From Ruditapes philippinarum (Eukaryota): DNA of 64,000 bases. Of this stretch, positions 12,425 to 26,123 are shown in pieces. The notes below the pieces were generated by a model. It saw only the letters and a program-made list of their open reading frames with translations, made no database searches and was not told the DNA's origin. Location: contig NW_026854772.1 in assembly GCF_026571515.1 (NCBI RefSeq), positions 186,001 to 250,000 of the forward strand. Reading direction: 5' to 3'. Made by a program: the position numbers and the translations under genes. The stretch's first letter is position 1; the number at the start of each line of letters is the position of its first letter.

Positions 12425-13531
12425 TTAAATACATTTTCATAATTTTTATGAAAAATTAGTGTGAATCTAAGAGAGGCATGTTACTTTAAGGCATTTTCAT
12501 GATTTACTTACAATCAGTTTTATGTGTAGTTTTTAAGCAAAAAATTAAACCTGAAATAACATATTTCAATTTTTCCAGTATTTATAGACTGTATTCCCAA
12601 TCTAAAAATTGCAATTAATGTGTCCCTAATTTTGTCTGTTCATATTTCACAAAGAAGGAGAAATAGCCATCAGTAATCAAGCAATTAATTATATCTAGAC
12701 ACTCTTCACATGTTGTTTAAAGGCACATTATGCCTCAGAGAGAAAATAAGTTTTTCTTTCTTAAGAAAAGGCAGGCATGTTTGAATATAAATTGTTCTGG
12801 AGCAATTGTTACTTGTTTATCACCTGAAGAAAGAATTGCTAAATATAAAAGTATTTGTCATAAAAGTAACAAAATGTAAACAAAGAAGTATTGTGAATTC
12901 CATACAAAATGCTAAATCATATAAAAATTAATTGCTGTAAAGCCACAGCAGCAAAAAAATGGTTCAGATAATTGACCAATTACATGTAGTAACTTTTTTG
13001 AAAACTGTAACAGGACACCTAAGAAATAAAAAAAAGAATTTCTGAGGCCAGCTAATGGGCCTATAAAGGTTTAATATTACATTTTGCCCTTTTAAATTGA
13101 TAACAAATTATGAAGTACTTTGATGGAGTAGGGTGCGTAAAGATTAGGGATAATATACATGTAAGCTGATAATATTACCACTGTAGAAGATCTGTAGAGG
13201 GTTGTTACAGATAAATGTGACATTCCTCTTAAACTGATAAATGATTTGATTTCTTGAAATGTTAATTTTAAAGTGTGTTTTAATTTATACAGTGGCCAGT
13301 ATAACATAATTACATTTATTGCAATATGGTATACATCTGTTTCAATATTATTTTTAAGCTGCATGCCTCCAGATAAGCCAAAATATTGCAAGAACATCAT
13401 GAAAATTAGCATGAATCTGGATGGTGGCATGCTGCTCTAATTTCTAAATTGCTTGAACTGTTATTGACACTACAACATTACATGCATATAAAAATCCTTA
13501 AGCAGGTATTGAAAATTGAAAGCTTGTTTAA

Positions 13532-14144
13532 CCCATTACCCCATGAGCATTTTGTGAAAAATGGCTGTTTTCATTGAAAAGTCTCCCGTTACAAGTTCAA
13601 GTTGCTATAAAACTATAAAAACTGCTTCAATACTAATCAAACTTGGCACAAATGTTGACTGGACTATTTCCTTTCTAACAACATGCTCACTCTTAAATTT
13701 CCTGTTACCATGGCAACTAGGGGACATCTCAAAATTGCCAAAAATCACTATTTTGCATTGATTTTTTCCATCAAAATTGATTTCAAAGTGCTGCTACTTC
13801 TCAATGGATTGATATAGAGTCAAAGGCTTTCCAGCATTGGTTACACGTTACCTTATGATCGACCTGGGGTCATTTTTAGCCTCTCACAAGTCCAAAATTT
13901 TGTTGGCGATGAGGGGGACTCCGCCCCCCTTCAAACCCCCCAAACACATCCCCCTTCTGGCAACCCCCTGAGGTATCTTTTGGATGGGGACGGCGCCGAA
14001 AAAGTGGTCAATTTTTTAAACAACATTTCTCAAACAAAAACAAGTGTTTGGGGGCCTAAATAAGGCAATATTTCACCATTTGAGAAAGCAAAAAGGGGGG
14101 GGGGGTGAAAAAGGCGTAGAAAGGCGTATATATCAGGTAATGGG
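13532..14144. mobile_element. piggyBac-type MITE, copy 3 (more diverged)
   Basis: TTAA-CCCATTACC...GGTAATGGG-TTAA. A related inverted fragment is at ~5570-5985. Confidence 0.85.
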
Positions 14145-14477
14145 TTAAACCTTTTTGGACATAAGTAACTTAATTTATAACAGACTTACATCAGGAGTAT
14201 TCCTAGATCCACTCACCAGCCTATAGTCCAAGCTGACTACTAAGACCCTTAACTTATGGCAGTTCAAGTTTAGCAAAGTTTTGATATAGAAATACTTTCA
14301 TTTGCTAAAAATACTTTTAATACTTAAAATTAAGTTAAAAGGGAAACTAACATATTTTGCTTAATGTTTTTCTCCTTTTTTTTCTGAAAATTTGTTTGAT
14401 CAGGAAAATTTGTTAAGATGCATCCCACTTTAACCTATATTGTACATGTATATTCAGGTATCTCACTTTATCACAAG

Positions 14478-17400
14478 ATGGCAGCTATTACAGAAGTATC
14501 GTGTAATAAAATGTTTGGTGGATTCCAGAAAGTGTTTAGTCATGAAAGGTAATTGTACATGTATAATATTACTACATACAATGTAGTTCTAAAAATTTGG
14601 GTCATGTTCCCAAATTTTGATGGAGGGGTGGCCTTAAAGGGTTGAGGCATCAGAATTGCAACCTGGTTCAAGCCTTATTGTAAGAGACAACTAATAAATT
14701 TTTTTCTTTGTTTTATTATCTCCAAGGTGAGCTTTAGTGATTGCATAATGTCTTTGGTCCATGCATTAGCAGCATTTGTTTTTAAAAAATCATAAAATGC
14801 TTCGATTTATAATTGAAAGACTATTATCTGTCTTAATTGATTAACTATTTTGCAAAATGGCTATCTATTATCAAATGTACATTTCCCAAGTAATTTTTTA
14901 CCATTCAACCAGACTAATGTTAAATTGCTGTTTAATTTTTGAATAAATGTTTTGCTGTCATAATCCCTATCATTGAATAATTAACAATATACAGTTCTGT
15001 CACAGCTGCAGATTACTGCAAAATCATTATTTATGGGGCACTAATTTCCATTGCTTTATACACAAACTTAAGAACCTATGTTATTTCATTTTGTCTGCTG
15101 TAAGATAATTTTCCATTGCATTATGTACATTTTACCTTTTGGAAAAATAGACAGTTCACGAAAATTAAGAAGTTTCAACACACAAAAAGTTCTTTGTAGC
15201 ACAACCATGAAATTTCATGCCCACGAAATTAAGAGAATTCACAATGAGTCAATTTATGCAACTTTTCACCAGTTACAGCATTTAGATTGGACTTAATAAG
15301 TATTTTTAAATTGGAGTTATCTTCATGATTATTAATTAAGGTAAAATAATATCAAATCATGTTGATGATATTTTACAGCAAAGAATGTAAGTGTACAATG
15401 AAGTTTGGTGTGTATGTGCCTGCTAAAGCCGAGAAGGAGAAAGTTCCTGTGATATACTGGCTTTCAGGTAAGTTACTTGAAGTTATCTTTAATTAATTTT
15501 TCCCTCTACGCAATGTAGCCTAGGTCTGGATTCCATTGTGAACTAGCTACCTTGAAGCAGCATGTCTCATGATTCATTCCAATTTTAATGAAAAATTTTG
15601 AAAAATTTTAAGAAAGTAAAATATTGTTATGTGAACAAAGAAAATAATTTTCGCATTGCAAACAGCACTTGCAGTCCATGTTAATTACCTAAAAGAGGTC
15701 AAAATATGCAAAAATAGCCCTTAATGTGTTAGTAATACAGAAATATGATGAAAAAATACTGTAGAATTGGTTTTAAATCGCAAATAACATGAACAATTAC
15801 TACTTATATCTTAAATCTTTTTACTTGTCTTATAATCGCAGTACTTTTTTCTCAAGTTTGATTCTCTTGAAATATTTTTGGTTCATCTTGAGGCTTGATA
15901 TTTTTGGTTTATCTTGAGGCATGCAGCTTTAAAGTAGGTTGGTTTTTCTGCTCAGGTGCCTTGCACAAAAGGGCAAGCAAGGTCTTTCCCAACCAGTCAG
16001 TTTTGAATTAATTAGTCCCTTCAAAACTGGAGTTACCATATGACCATCAAAGTCTCGGATATGACTTAAAACCAAATAAAACAGACTTGTTTTGATGTAT
16101 GAAGGAGGGAATGGGCCTATGACAAAAGGTCAATAACAGAGATTTTTGAAAATGATATAAACAGTGAGACAATGGTCAAAGAGTTCCATACCTTACAAGG
16201 CTAATTTTTCACAAAGAGGATATTTTTAAATTAAAACATAATTCTTTGCGCAGCCTACACAGAATGCATATAACAATAAAATTTTTATTTTATAGAATGG
16301 ATAGATATTTGTAAACTGCTTTTTCTTTAATTTCTGTTGGCATGTTTGTCTAAAATTTAACAAGTTATTGATTGAATATTTTAGGACTAACATGTACAGA
16401 ACAGAACTTTGTAACGAAGGCAGGTGCTCAGAGGGTGGCTGCAGAGAAAGGTGTGATCATTGTTGCCCCGGATACCAGCCCAAGTAAGTACCTTTGTTTC
16501 AAGAGAGAAAAGGCAGATCTCTGTGACCTAGTTGCTATGGTTGTCAACATTGAATCGCTTGAATCTTTGATGGGAAATATTTAAAGTTTGATATTCTGCA
16601 AGCATCATTTTCCCCGATTTACCAGTATGCAGTCAAGGTTATTAGGTCATTCTCCCATTTGAAAAAAAGATCTGAATTTATGGATACAAAGCATGTGATG
16701 AATCTGTCACTTTCCACAATTTTGAGCTATAATTCTTAGTTCTAATGATAGGGGGTCATGTTCCTAAATTGTGGTGGAGGGGTTGCCTTTACAATTTGAA
16801 GCATCAGAATTGTAGCCACCATTCAACCCTGTGTGATTGTAAGAGGTGACTCAATAAGCTAAAAAAAAACTTGAGTCTATGCATCTCTTAGCTCCAGCAA
16901 GTGAGGTAGTTTTGAATCAGTGTTGCTTTAAGATTGTAACACCTGAGGTTAGCCAAAATCATCTTCCCTGTTTTGGCACCATTTGACCTAAATTGTGCTG
17001 GTGTGCCATAAAACCAAACAAACAAACATTCTCGCTCTAACACTAGTCTGTTTATATGTGTTTTTTCAGGAGGAGTTAACATAGAGGGGGAAGATGAGAG
17101 TTATGATTTTGGCTCTGGTGCAGGTTTCTATGTAGACGCTACAGAAGAGAAATGGAAAAATAACTATAGAATGTATTCTTACATCACATCGGAGGTATTC
17201 ATAAATTCTTATGTGTATACATCATATACATATTTATTCTTATGCTCCTTAGATACTTATCTGTATACATATATAGTAATACTTATTTATTTATATGCTC
17301 CTTAGAATTGTTTCATTGGGTATATTGATGGTGGTTATTCTACCTACCTGTCCTTTACTCACAATTACTAACATACTATGACATAATTATCTACTGTGTC

Positions 17401-20400
17401 TTTTAGCACCTTATTTTATTGACTGATATCAAAGATATTTTGATACCTGTATTTTTGTTTTGGTGGAGCTTCTGTGGCTGAGTGGTTCAGGTCATTGATT
17501 TCAAACCACTTGCCTCTCCCTGCTGTGGGTGGAAATCTTGCTGGGGACTTTGGATTCTTTCATGTGAGGAAGGTACCCAGCTGGCTCATGGAACATCGGT
17601 GGTTTTACTCTGGTGCCAGGGATCACGCTTGCCCTAAATTTTAGGGAGAAGTGACTTCTCCCTCCAAAGAGAATGGGGAGAATTTTTTGGGGACAGTGGG
17701 AGGTGCATACAAATTGCATTTTTTGAAAGTGTTGATGTACCATTTAAGATACTTATTACAAGTTTTAAGACTGACCAAGTAACTGTCTCCGTGGTCAAGG
17801 GCTTAGAGGCGATGACTTCTTATCCATTTATCTCTCTGGTGTGGGTTCGATCCCCGGGAGATGCTTTGGTAGTAAAACGCAGAGGAAGGTAGTCTAGTAC
17901 TGGTGTAATTCTCCAGGAACGATGATTAGGAAACAACCCGCCTATATGACTGAAATACTGTTTGTAAAAGGTGTTAAATGAAACAAACAAACAAACAAAA
18001 GACTGACCAAACATTAGGTGGACTAAAACAATGCATGTACACAACAGTTTATTTAGTAACTTATATCAAATATTTGTAAACAGCAAAATTACAAATGTTG
18101 TGAAATGATGATTTTCAAATGGAAAAACTTCGAAGTTAGATGTATGATGTTCCCATTTTATAAAAGGGTAATGGTTTGTTGAGTAGGATTTCAGCTGTCT
18201 AGTAGTTGTTTTACTATTATACGCCCGTTTGAAAAACGGGACGTATTATGGGAACGCCCCTGGCGGGCGGGCGGGCGGGCGGCGTCCAATTTTGTCCGGA
18301 GCATATCTCCTACATGTATGGAGGGATTTTAATGAAACTTCATATAAATGTTCACCACTATGAGGAGCAGTGTCGCGCACATGAACCAGCTCTCTAGGTC
18401 AAAGGTCAAGGTCACACTTAGAGCTCATTGAAAAATGCTTGTCCGGAGCAAAACTTCATGTATAGAGGGATTTCAATATTACTTGGCACAAATGTTCACC
18501 ATTGTGAGGCGTAGTGTCGCGTGCAAGATTCAGGTCCTTGCGGCCAAGGTCAAGGTCACACATAGAGGTCAAAGTTCAGATCAAAATATGAAGATGTGTA
18601 TATGGACCATTTAGTCATCATTTATTGAGGGATTGTAACACAAATGGTCATTATCAAGACTATGGCTGTGATACATATAATTTAGGTCAATATATACAAG
18701 GTCAAGGTCACTAAAGATGATGAAATATCAAGATTTTGTAAATAGAATTTAATCAAAGGGAGACAACAAAGTTATTACTTTGTTCATAAATGACTTACAC
18801 AATTACTCCCCTTGATCTATTTTCACTTTCAATTCTAAAAATAGAATTTAATCAAAGGGCATGAAATAATCCTCTTTCTTGGACTTGAGTATGTTCTAAA
18901 GAATGTAACATTTATTTACACATGTTTCATTCATTGGTCAAGATTCTTAACTGTGATAACTATGGTGTTCTGTAGACTTGGTATTTGTTCATAAAGATCA
19001 TACAGTAATTACCTTATCAAATGTAAATACTTTCTCATAGAAATTTAATTATATTTTAATTTTCAAGTAAATATCAGTTCAGCTCATTCAAAGATTAAGA
19101 ATTGTAATGAAATGTATTTCCCTATAATAAAATCTTAAATCAGAATTTTTTAGTTATTAAATTACATGTACTTTTTATACGCCCGTTTAAAAAAAGATAA
19201 AAATATGAAGATGTGTATAGGGACGATTTAATCATCATTTATTGAGGGATTGTAACACAAATGGTCATTATAATGACTACGGCTGTGACACATGTACTTT
19301 AGGTCAATATATGCAAGGTCAAGGTCACTAAAGATGGTGAAATATCCAGATTTTGTCTGGAGCATATCTCCTACATGTATGGAAGAATTTTTATAATACT
19401 TTATGGAAATGTTCACCACCATGATATGTATTGCTCCATGCATGATCCAGGTCTCCAGGTCAAAGGTCAAGGTCACACTTGGAGCTCATTGAAAAACGCT
19501 TGTCCGGAGCAAAACTTCTACATTCATAGGGGGTTTTCAATATAACTTGGCACAAATGTTCACCATTGTGAGGCTGAGTGTCGCATGCAAAATTCAGATC
19601 CCTGCGACCAAAAGTCAAGGTTACACATAGAGGTCAAAGTTCAGATAAAAAATTTGAAGATGGTTATAGGGACCATTTAGTCATCATTTATTGATGGATT
19701 GTAGCACAAATGGTAACTATCATGACTACAGGTGTTACACATTTAATTTAGGTTAATATTTGCAAGGTCAAGGTCACTGGAGATGATTAAATATCCAGAT
19801 GTTGTCCGGAGCATATTTTCTACATGCATGGAGGAATTTTAATGTTACTTTTATAGAATTGTTCACCACCATGAGACGTAGTGCCCTGCACATAAACCAA
19901 GTCTATAGGTCAAAGGTGAAGGTCACAGTTAGAGCTCATAGAAAAACACTTGTCTGGAGCAAAACTTCTACATGCATAGAGGGATTTCAATATAATTTGG
20001 CACCAATGTTCATCATTGTGAGGCTGAGTGCCGTGCATAAAATTCAGGTCCCTGCGACCAAGGTCAAGGTCACACATTCTGTGCATATCTTCCCTATTGA
20101 TTTGTTTTAAAGTTCATTTAACAACACAGTGCCAAGAATAAAAACTTGCTTGCTAGATAACACTTATCCATAATGCCCCCATCTCCATCTAAAGCTTTTT
20201 CGTAAACGGGCGTATTTTGTGACTATGGCACCCTTGTTTTTTACAGTGAAATATGTTTTGTTTAATATTTCAGTTACCACAAGTTATTAATAGCAACTTT
20301 AATGCTGACCCTGAGAAAATGTCCATATTTGGACACAGGTAAGTTAAAAACTCATATCAAATATGATACATTTGAAAATATCCAAGAATGTTGAAAAAAA

Positions 20401-23400
20401 ACTTCCATGTTTTATATTTTTCTAGAAGTTTGTTTATTTCTCCATTACTTGTTAATTAATTTTTATAAACCTTTCTAAACATACCATAAAGATACTTTTA
20501 AACTATGAAAGCTTTCTGTAATCTTAACTCATGTATGATAGTTTGGACAAAGAATGAAATTTAAAGTCATATACTGTTGCTTTGACTGACTTTTAAACAG
20601 GTATTTGCAATGAAAGTTTGTAAAGGGTATATATAAAGCTTATGAACATTTACTGCATGCAGTATAAAAAATTATTTTTTGAATTTTGAAGAAATTGAAT
20701 ATCTGTATGAAAAAAAATTGATTGTATACATACAGAAAATGGTTAATGCAAGGAATTATTGCTATTGCTAAACAGTTGAAATTCGACATAAAATAGCAGC
20801 ATTAATATTTTGTTCTGGAATATTTCATTCTGTTTCTGTACAATATCATTGTGTGTTGAATAACACAGACATTCTTTGAAACAGGCTTACATTTTATAGA
20901 ATTTATAAAAAATATTTCATTTGATACAGCTTTATAACCTTGAACATCAGCCAAATTATAAAGATGATTAGAAATAAGAATAAGTTTGAGCAATGTTATT
21001 GTATAGGACCCCTGTGGTTTCACATAAGACTGTTATCCAGCTAGGTAATGAAAGGTGGTGGTTTACTCAGGTGCCTTAAAATATTAAGAGCTTTAGATTT
21101 TATGTTACAACAGCTGTATGATTTTTACAGTATCTGTGTAACTTAAAACTTAACCAAATTTATAATTACAGTATGGGAGGGCATGGAGCATTAATTTGTG
21201 CCTTAAAGAATCCAGGAAAGTACAAGTCAGCAAGTGCATTTGCTCCTATCTCCAATCCCATAAAAGCACCATGGGGTCAAAAGGCGTTTGCAGGGTACCT
21301 AGGAAAAGATCAATCAAAGTGGCAGGTATGTAAAGTCTTGAAACGTACCATGTTTTTAGTTTAATGCTTGACCAGTTGTCTTCACTAGTCAATAATGTGT
21401 TTTGCTGATTTTTGTTTTGTTCTGTGCCTGTTTAGGTACCTGTAATAGTCAAAAAAATTTATATGCCTGAAAAAAAATTGGCGTTTAATGTTATGCACCT
21501 GGTTGTCTGTCTGTTCGTCTGTTCGCAGGTTTTGTGTTCGGTCTCTATCTTTTGAACAGGTAGACAGAAATTGAAACTACCTGGCAGAAATGTTAACCAT
21601 TATGACGTGATATGCTGAACGCAGGTTTGATCTTCCTCAGCTCAGGTCAAGGTCACACTTCATATTGTAACAATTTAAAAAAATTGTGTTTGTTCTGTAT
21701 CTTTTGAACTGATAGAAAGAAATTGAAACTTTTAGGCATAAATATTACTTGTAATGAGATGATCATGAGTGCAGAACACAGATTTGGACTTCCTGAGATC
21801 AAAATTTGCCCTGCCCTGATGATAACTTGATTTATATAGACTTGTATAAGAAAAACACATCTAAGATGAATTATGTGAAACTATGATGTCCAGAGCTTAG
21901 ATATATAACATGTAACATCAATTTGTGGGCCACAAAATAACTGGTATTGATTGTGCCCCTTGGGCCAATATTGATCCCGCCTTGGGGTCACATAGTTAAT
22001 ATACTACAATGCCTAGAGTTTAGAAATTTGACATGTGGCATTGCCTTGTTAGCCTGTACAAAACTGGTAAAAGTCATGCCTCATGGATTAATCCCACCAA
22101 GGCCCCCAATCCAGCCCCGTTCTGTCCTGTTGAAAAGTTAATCTTGATTATTCAAATAAATTATTTATGTTTTGGGCGTATATTGCCCCGCCTTTGCAGG
22201 GCTCTTGTTATTCTTTTCCAATTATATCATGTTCTCTCTGATTGCATTGTTTGAAAGAAGCTGTGTATGTCATATATAAGAACCTTCAGGAGAAGGAAGC
22301 TTACAGGCATCTTTTGTTTTCGTACTCGGCTTATTAAATCAACTACTGCATTGATATTTTTGGTCAGTTTGATTTAAAAACCATGAAAACAAAGAGAAAA
22401 TTTATAAATTAGATGAAATTTTTTTAGGGTTTCCATGACCAAGAAGTAAAGTTTAGACATTGAATTACTTGCCCACTCTGCAGTTGTTTTAATTTCAAGT
22501 CCCAATAAAGGTTTTGAATTCTTTCATGTGAGTTAGGTATACAGTAAGGTCAGAGCAGGTCCATAGTAAGGCAAGTACTTGTGCATGAAAAAAATGTATG
22601 TTGGACCACCTAAAGACTGCCCCCATCAGTAAAACTGGAAAGTGGCCATACAGCCCGGTTATGACATAATTCAAACTAAGGTATCAACTGAGGTAATAAG
22701 TTACATTTGTTTGTGTTTCGTATACAGGAATATGATGCTACAGAACTTGCCAAGAAGTACAGTGGACCAGCGTTAAATCTGTTGATACACCAAGGAAAGT
22801 CAGATGAATTTTACATCAAGGGACAACTTTTACCTGACAATTTTGTTGCTGCTTGTGCTGCTAATAATATACCTGTTGACCTGAAAGTTGAGGAGGTATG
22901 GAAAAGTCAAGTATTTTCATATTTTACCATCCTGATAAATGTCTAAGTTTTTTGTACATGAATTTATAAGCACAACTAGTCAAAAGGGCCGGCCATGGCT
23001 GAGTGGTTAAGGTCATTGCTTTCAAACCACTTGCCCCTCACCTGTATCGAGTCCCAACTGGGACTTTGGATTCTTTCATGTGAGACGCTATCCAGCTAGC
23101 TTACAGAACGTCCGTGCTTCTACTTAGTTGTCTGTTTGTGCCTGAGATATTGCACGGAAGGGCACCTGAGGTCACCCTCCACCAGTAAAGCTGGAAATTC
23201 CCCCATATGACCTATACTGTGTTGTTGCAACAACCAAAACAACCAAGAGAACTACCATGAGCTATTGCAGTACTCCGTCCAATTCCTTTCTGCTTTAAAT
23301 TGTAAATTATTAACATGTGTATATATCTTGAATATAAAAATATGTTTAAACCAAAAAAAAACAAGTCAATTTAAAATTATAACTTCTAGTCCTTCTCACT

Positions 23401-23711
23401 TTATTTGTTAAGTGTTGTTTCTTCTGTTTATTTTCCTGTGATTTATAAATCTGAGCACTAGATTACTTATTGACATTGTTGTGTTTAATAACAGTTCAAC
23501 TTTTTTCCTTTGAGGAAAGAAATATTGATATAAAGAGCTTTCTTTTGAACACAGTCACACCAAGACTAAATATTTGTACACTTCAATATGACAAGGGCAT
23601 TAATATGCTGACACTATTTTTTTATTTCAGGGATATGACCATAGTTATTATTTTATAGCAACATTTGTGGAAGAACATGTTAGTCATCATGCCAAGTTTC
23701 TCTGCCAATGA
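14478..23711 (+). CDS. ESD: S-formylglutathione hydrolase / esterase D (283 aa, 8 coding exons)
   Basis: Exons 14478-14548, 15379-15467, 16385-16483, 17070-17194, 20274-20338, 21172-21325, 22728-22895 and 23631-23711 total 852 nt, all GT-AG and in phase. Motifs: [49 protein letters not shown], the GHSMGGHG nucleophile elbow and GYDHSYYF (catalytic His). Confidence 0.97.
17785..17998 (+). mobile_element. tRNA-derived SINE, second copy of 4764-4976
   Basis: A/B boxes, shared body, (AAAC)n tail. Confidence 0.8.
18217..20240 (+). mobile_element. Helentron-associated non-autonomous element (HINE/DINE, pearl-like) with internal tandem repeats
   Basis: Subterminal inverted repeats ATACGCCCGTTT (18219) / AAACGGGCGTAT (~20205), a (GGGC)n microsatellite, repeated units with AAGGTCAAGGTCAC, and a short 3' stem-loop before a T-run. 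Confidence 0.8.
21458..22210 (+). mobile_element. Degenerate Helentron-associated element
   Basis: TTATATGCCTGAAA start, (GTCT/GTTC) microsatellite, GGTCAAGGTCAC core, and a TTTGGGCGTATA...hairpin...CTTGTT end. Confidence 0.65.
22987..23240 (+). mobile_element. tRNA-derived SINE
   Basis: A box TGGCTGAGTGG and body GGATTCTTTCATGTGAG..CTATCCAGCT. Related fragments at ~15950, 17465, 21000 and 22460. Confidence 0.75.
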
Positions 23712-23845
23712 CTAAATCCTACTGGACAAAACAAACTGTGAAACAGTGAATGTACAAAAGTCATTTTATCTACAGACATATACATGTATACAGTTACTAT
23801 CACAGTAATGTCCCTTTAATAATTATAAATAAATTGTATTATACC

Positions 23846-24411
23846 CTGGCCCTGAGTTCACAAAGAATCAAGTATTTGAAGATCAAGATCAGGATCAAGA
23901 ATTATATTTAAAAATTCAACCTTAGTTTATGCTTAAAGGGACTCAACTGATGTTTTTAAAATGAGGAGTCTGAAAATAATTTTCCGAGATAAATGCACAA
24001 CCATATAGTCTGACCTGACTATACTGTTGCTGGCCCGGTTACATGTAGTGCATTATGATATTGAAGTCCCTTAAACTTTGAATTGACTATCAGGGAAAAT
24101 CTGTTTAATTAATTCAGAAGGTTAAGGTTTAAAAAGCATGTCTTTTAAGAGTTTATCTAGATATTCATTGATCTTTTTTTTTTATCCAAATGTGTTTGAA
24201 GTTTATACTGACTTGTTATTATTATAACTCATAATGAGTTGCCCTTGTAGCAATTTTTTTTCTTTATCATTTATAATTTATATACCAAATGTTGTGTCTA
24301 GTATTTTGTCAGTATTAGCTGCATGTATACATCTATAGAACAGATTCAGATCAAATAAAGCCTGATCCTGGTTCAGATGATTTTATGTTCTTTGTGAACT
24401 CCTCGACCTGG
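23846..24411. mobile_element. Degenerate MITE downstream of the ESD stop codon
   Basis: Inverted GAGTTCACAAAGAA / TTCTTTGTGAACTC near the ends. No clear TSD. Confidence 0.45.
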
Positions 24412-25969
24412 TGCTTTTGTTATTTAAACAGTCATTAGTCCTATACATGGCAGCATTATTCACATACTTTACTTGATTTTTGTAATTAAAGATATACTAT
24501 GCTCAAATTTAATATTAGAAAATATTGATAATTGTTACACAGTCTTTTTGTAAATATAAAATGTTTTGATATAAAACAACACAGATAAGTTATGTGTAAA
24601 ATTCTGTACACAATAGGTGATCACAATTTGAATATATAGTGTCATTAAAAAAATGGTAGTTTTTTTAAAGAAAAAAGACTATCTTTACTTGACCAGTAAT
24701 AAGGAAAACGGCTTCCCATACCTAGTTTATTCATTCTTTTATTCAAACTAGACATATTCAGTAAGAATTTCATAGATTTCAATAAATTTCTGTGATTAAA
24801 ATACTTTAGGTTACTCAAGGATGAGCATAGTATATCTTTAATTAATCATTTTATCCCAGTAAATTATGCTATGTAATTTTCATAATGCAAAAAGTTAAAA
24901 TCGAGTTTATTATAAAATGTTTTATTGTAATCTGAAATCACAGATCTATATATTTAAAAATATCTGTATTTATAAGTCTCTGCAATAATAATAAAAAACC
25001 CTAACAAACCGGATCTTCATGTAAAAAGCAGACAACCCTCACGAAAAGCAGACGATAAGATGCACTACAAATGTGGTAAACAACAATGACACGTTTGGTT
25101 CTTTGATACATGTCAATCAAATTTGCACTGGACTGAACATTTCACAGAAATTGATTTAAACCAAAATTATCAGAAATTGATTTTTACAAAATCATGAACA
25201 TGTACACGTGCTTTTCCGACATGGCATGTGGTTTTGTTGTTGATTTCATTTGATTGAGTTTGATTTATTGTTTATACGTTTCTTATCTTTGTAAAAGATG
25301 AATAAAACAAAAGCATTTTTACAAAGACTGGAGATGTGTGGTTGTCAAGTGCACCTGATTTATGGGTTATGGTTGTATTTTTGATTGAATATTACATTTT
25401 TGATTTTATATGTAGACCATTTGTTATTGAAAAATTTTTACTAATCAAAAATTGTGCATGTATTAATTATGTTACCGATCCGGCTAGTGCACTTGCAATT
25501 AATTTATGAAAAAAAAATGTAGAAAAAATAAATCATTGAAAAATTATAATGTGTTATGTTATTTGTTGCTTATTTCTTCCAAATCGTCTTTAAATTTACT
25601 TAGTCTATAGTTCTGTTTAAAGCCCCCAGAAAATGTGAAGATAATCTTCCATACTGTGCAAAAATGTGACTATCTCAATTCACAGTCTTTGAATGTCACA
25701 ATATTTCTTCATAGACCAAGCTTAAGTGTATAACATCACTTACCTACCTTGGTGTTGCAAGCAATGGAACGGATGAAAAAAACCCTGATTGTACATAACT
25801 TTAAATGAATTACTTCTAAGTTATTCACTTTTGGCGATCACAGGGTTCTACAGAGTGTAAAATGTAGAGTTATTTAGGGGCTAATTTTAATTGTCAGTTT
25901 AAACCTGAAATAACAAATTAACTTACCAAATCATATTCATGTAATCATAATGTTTTATCTTTAAACGTA

Positions 25970-26123
25970 TATTTCCGTATACATATCTATTATATACATA
26001 TGCACCTATGAATTGTCTGATGAAACTAGGGGCATGTGTAGATAAGTATTTCCGTATACATATCTATTATATACATATGCACCTATGAAATGTCTGATGA
26101 AACTAGGGGCATGTGTAGATAAG
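25970..26123. repeat. 77-bp tandem duplication (2 copies)
   Basis: TATTTCCGTATACATATC...GCATGTGTAGATAAG repeated with one mismatch. Confidence 0.9.

Noticed and set aside
11078-13761. Repeated 66-94 aa ORFs (MAVFIEKSPV...)
   Set aside because: They are internal to MITE copies, have no transposase motifs, and recur only because the repeat does.
18300-20080. Repeat-spacer pattern resembling a CRISPR array
   Set aside because: Eukaryotic context, the spacers are themselves homologous, and there are no cas genes.
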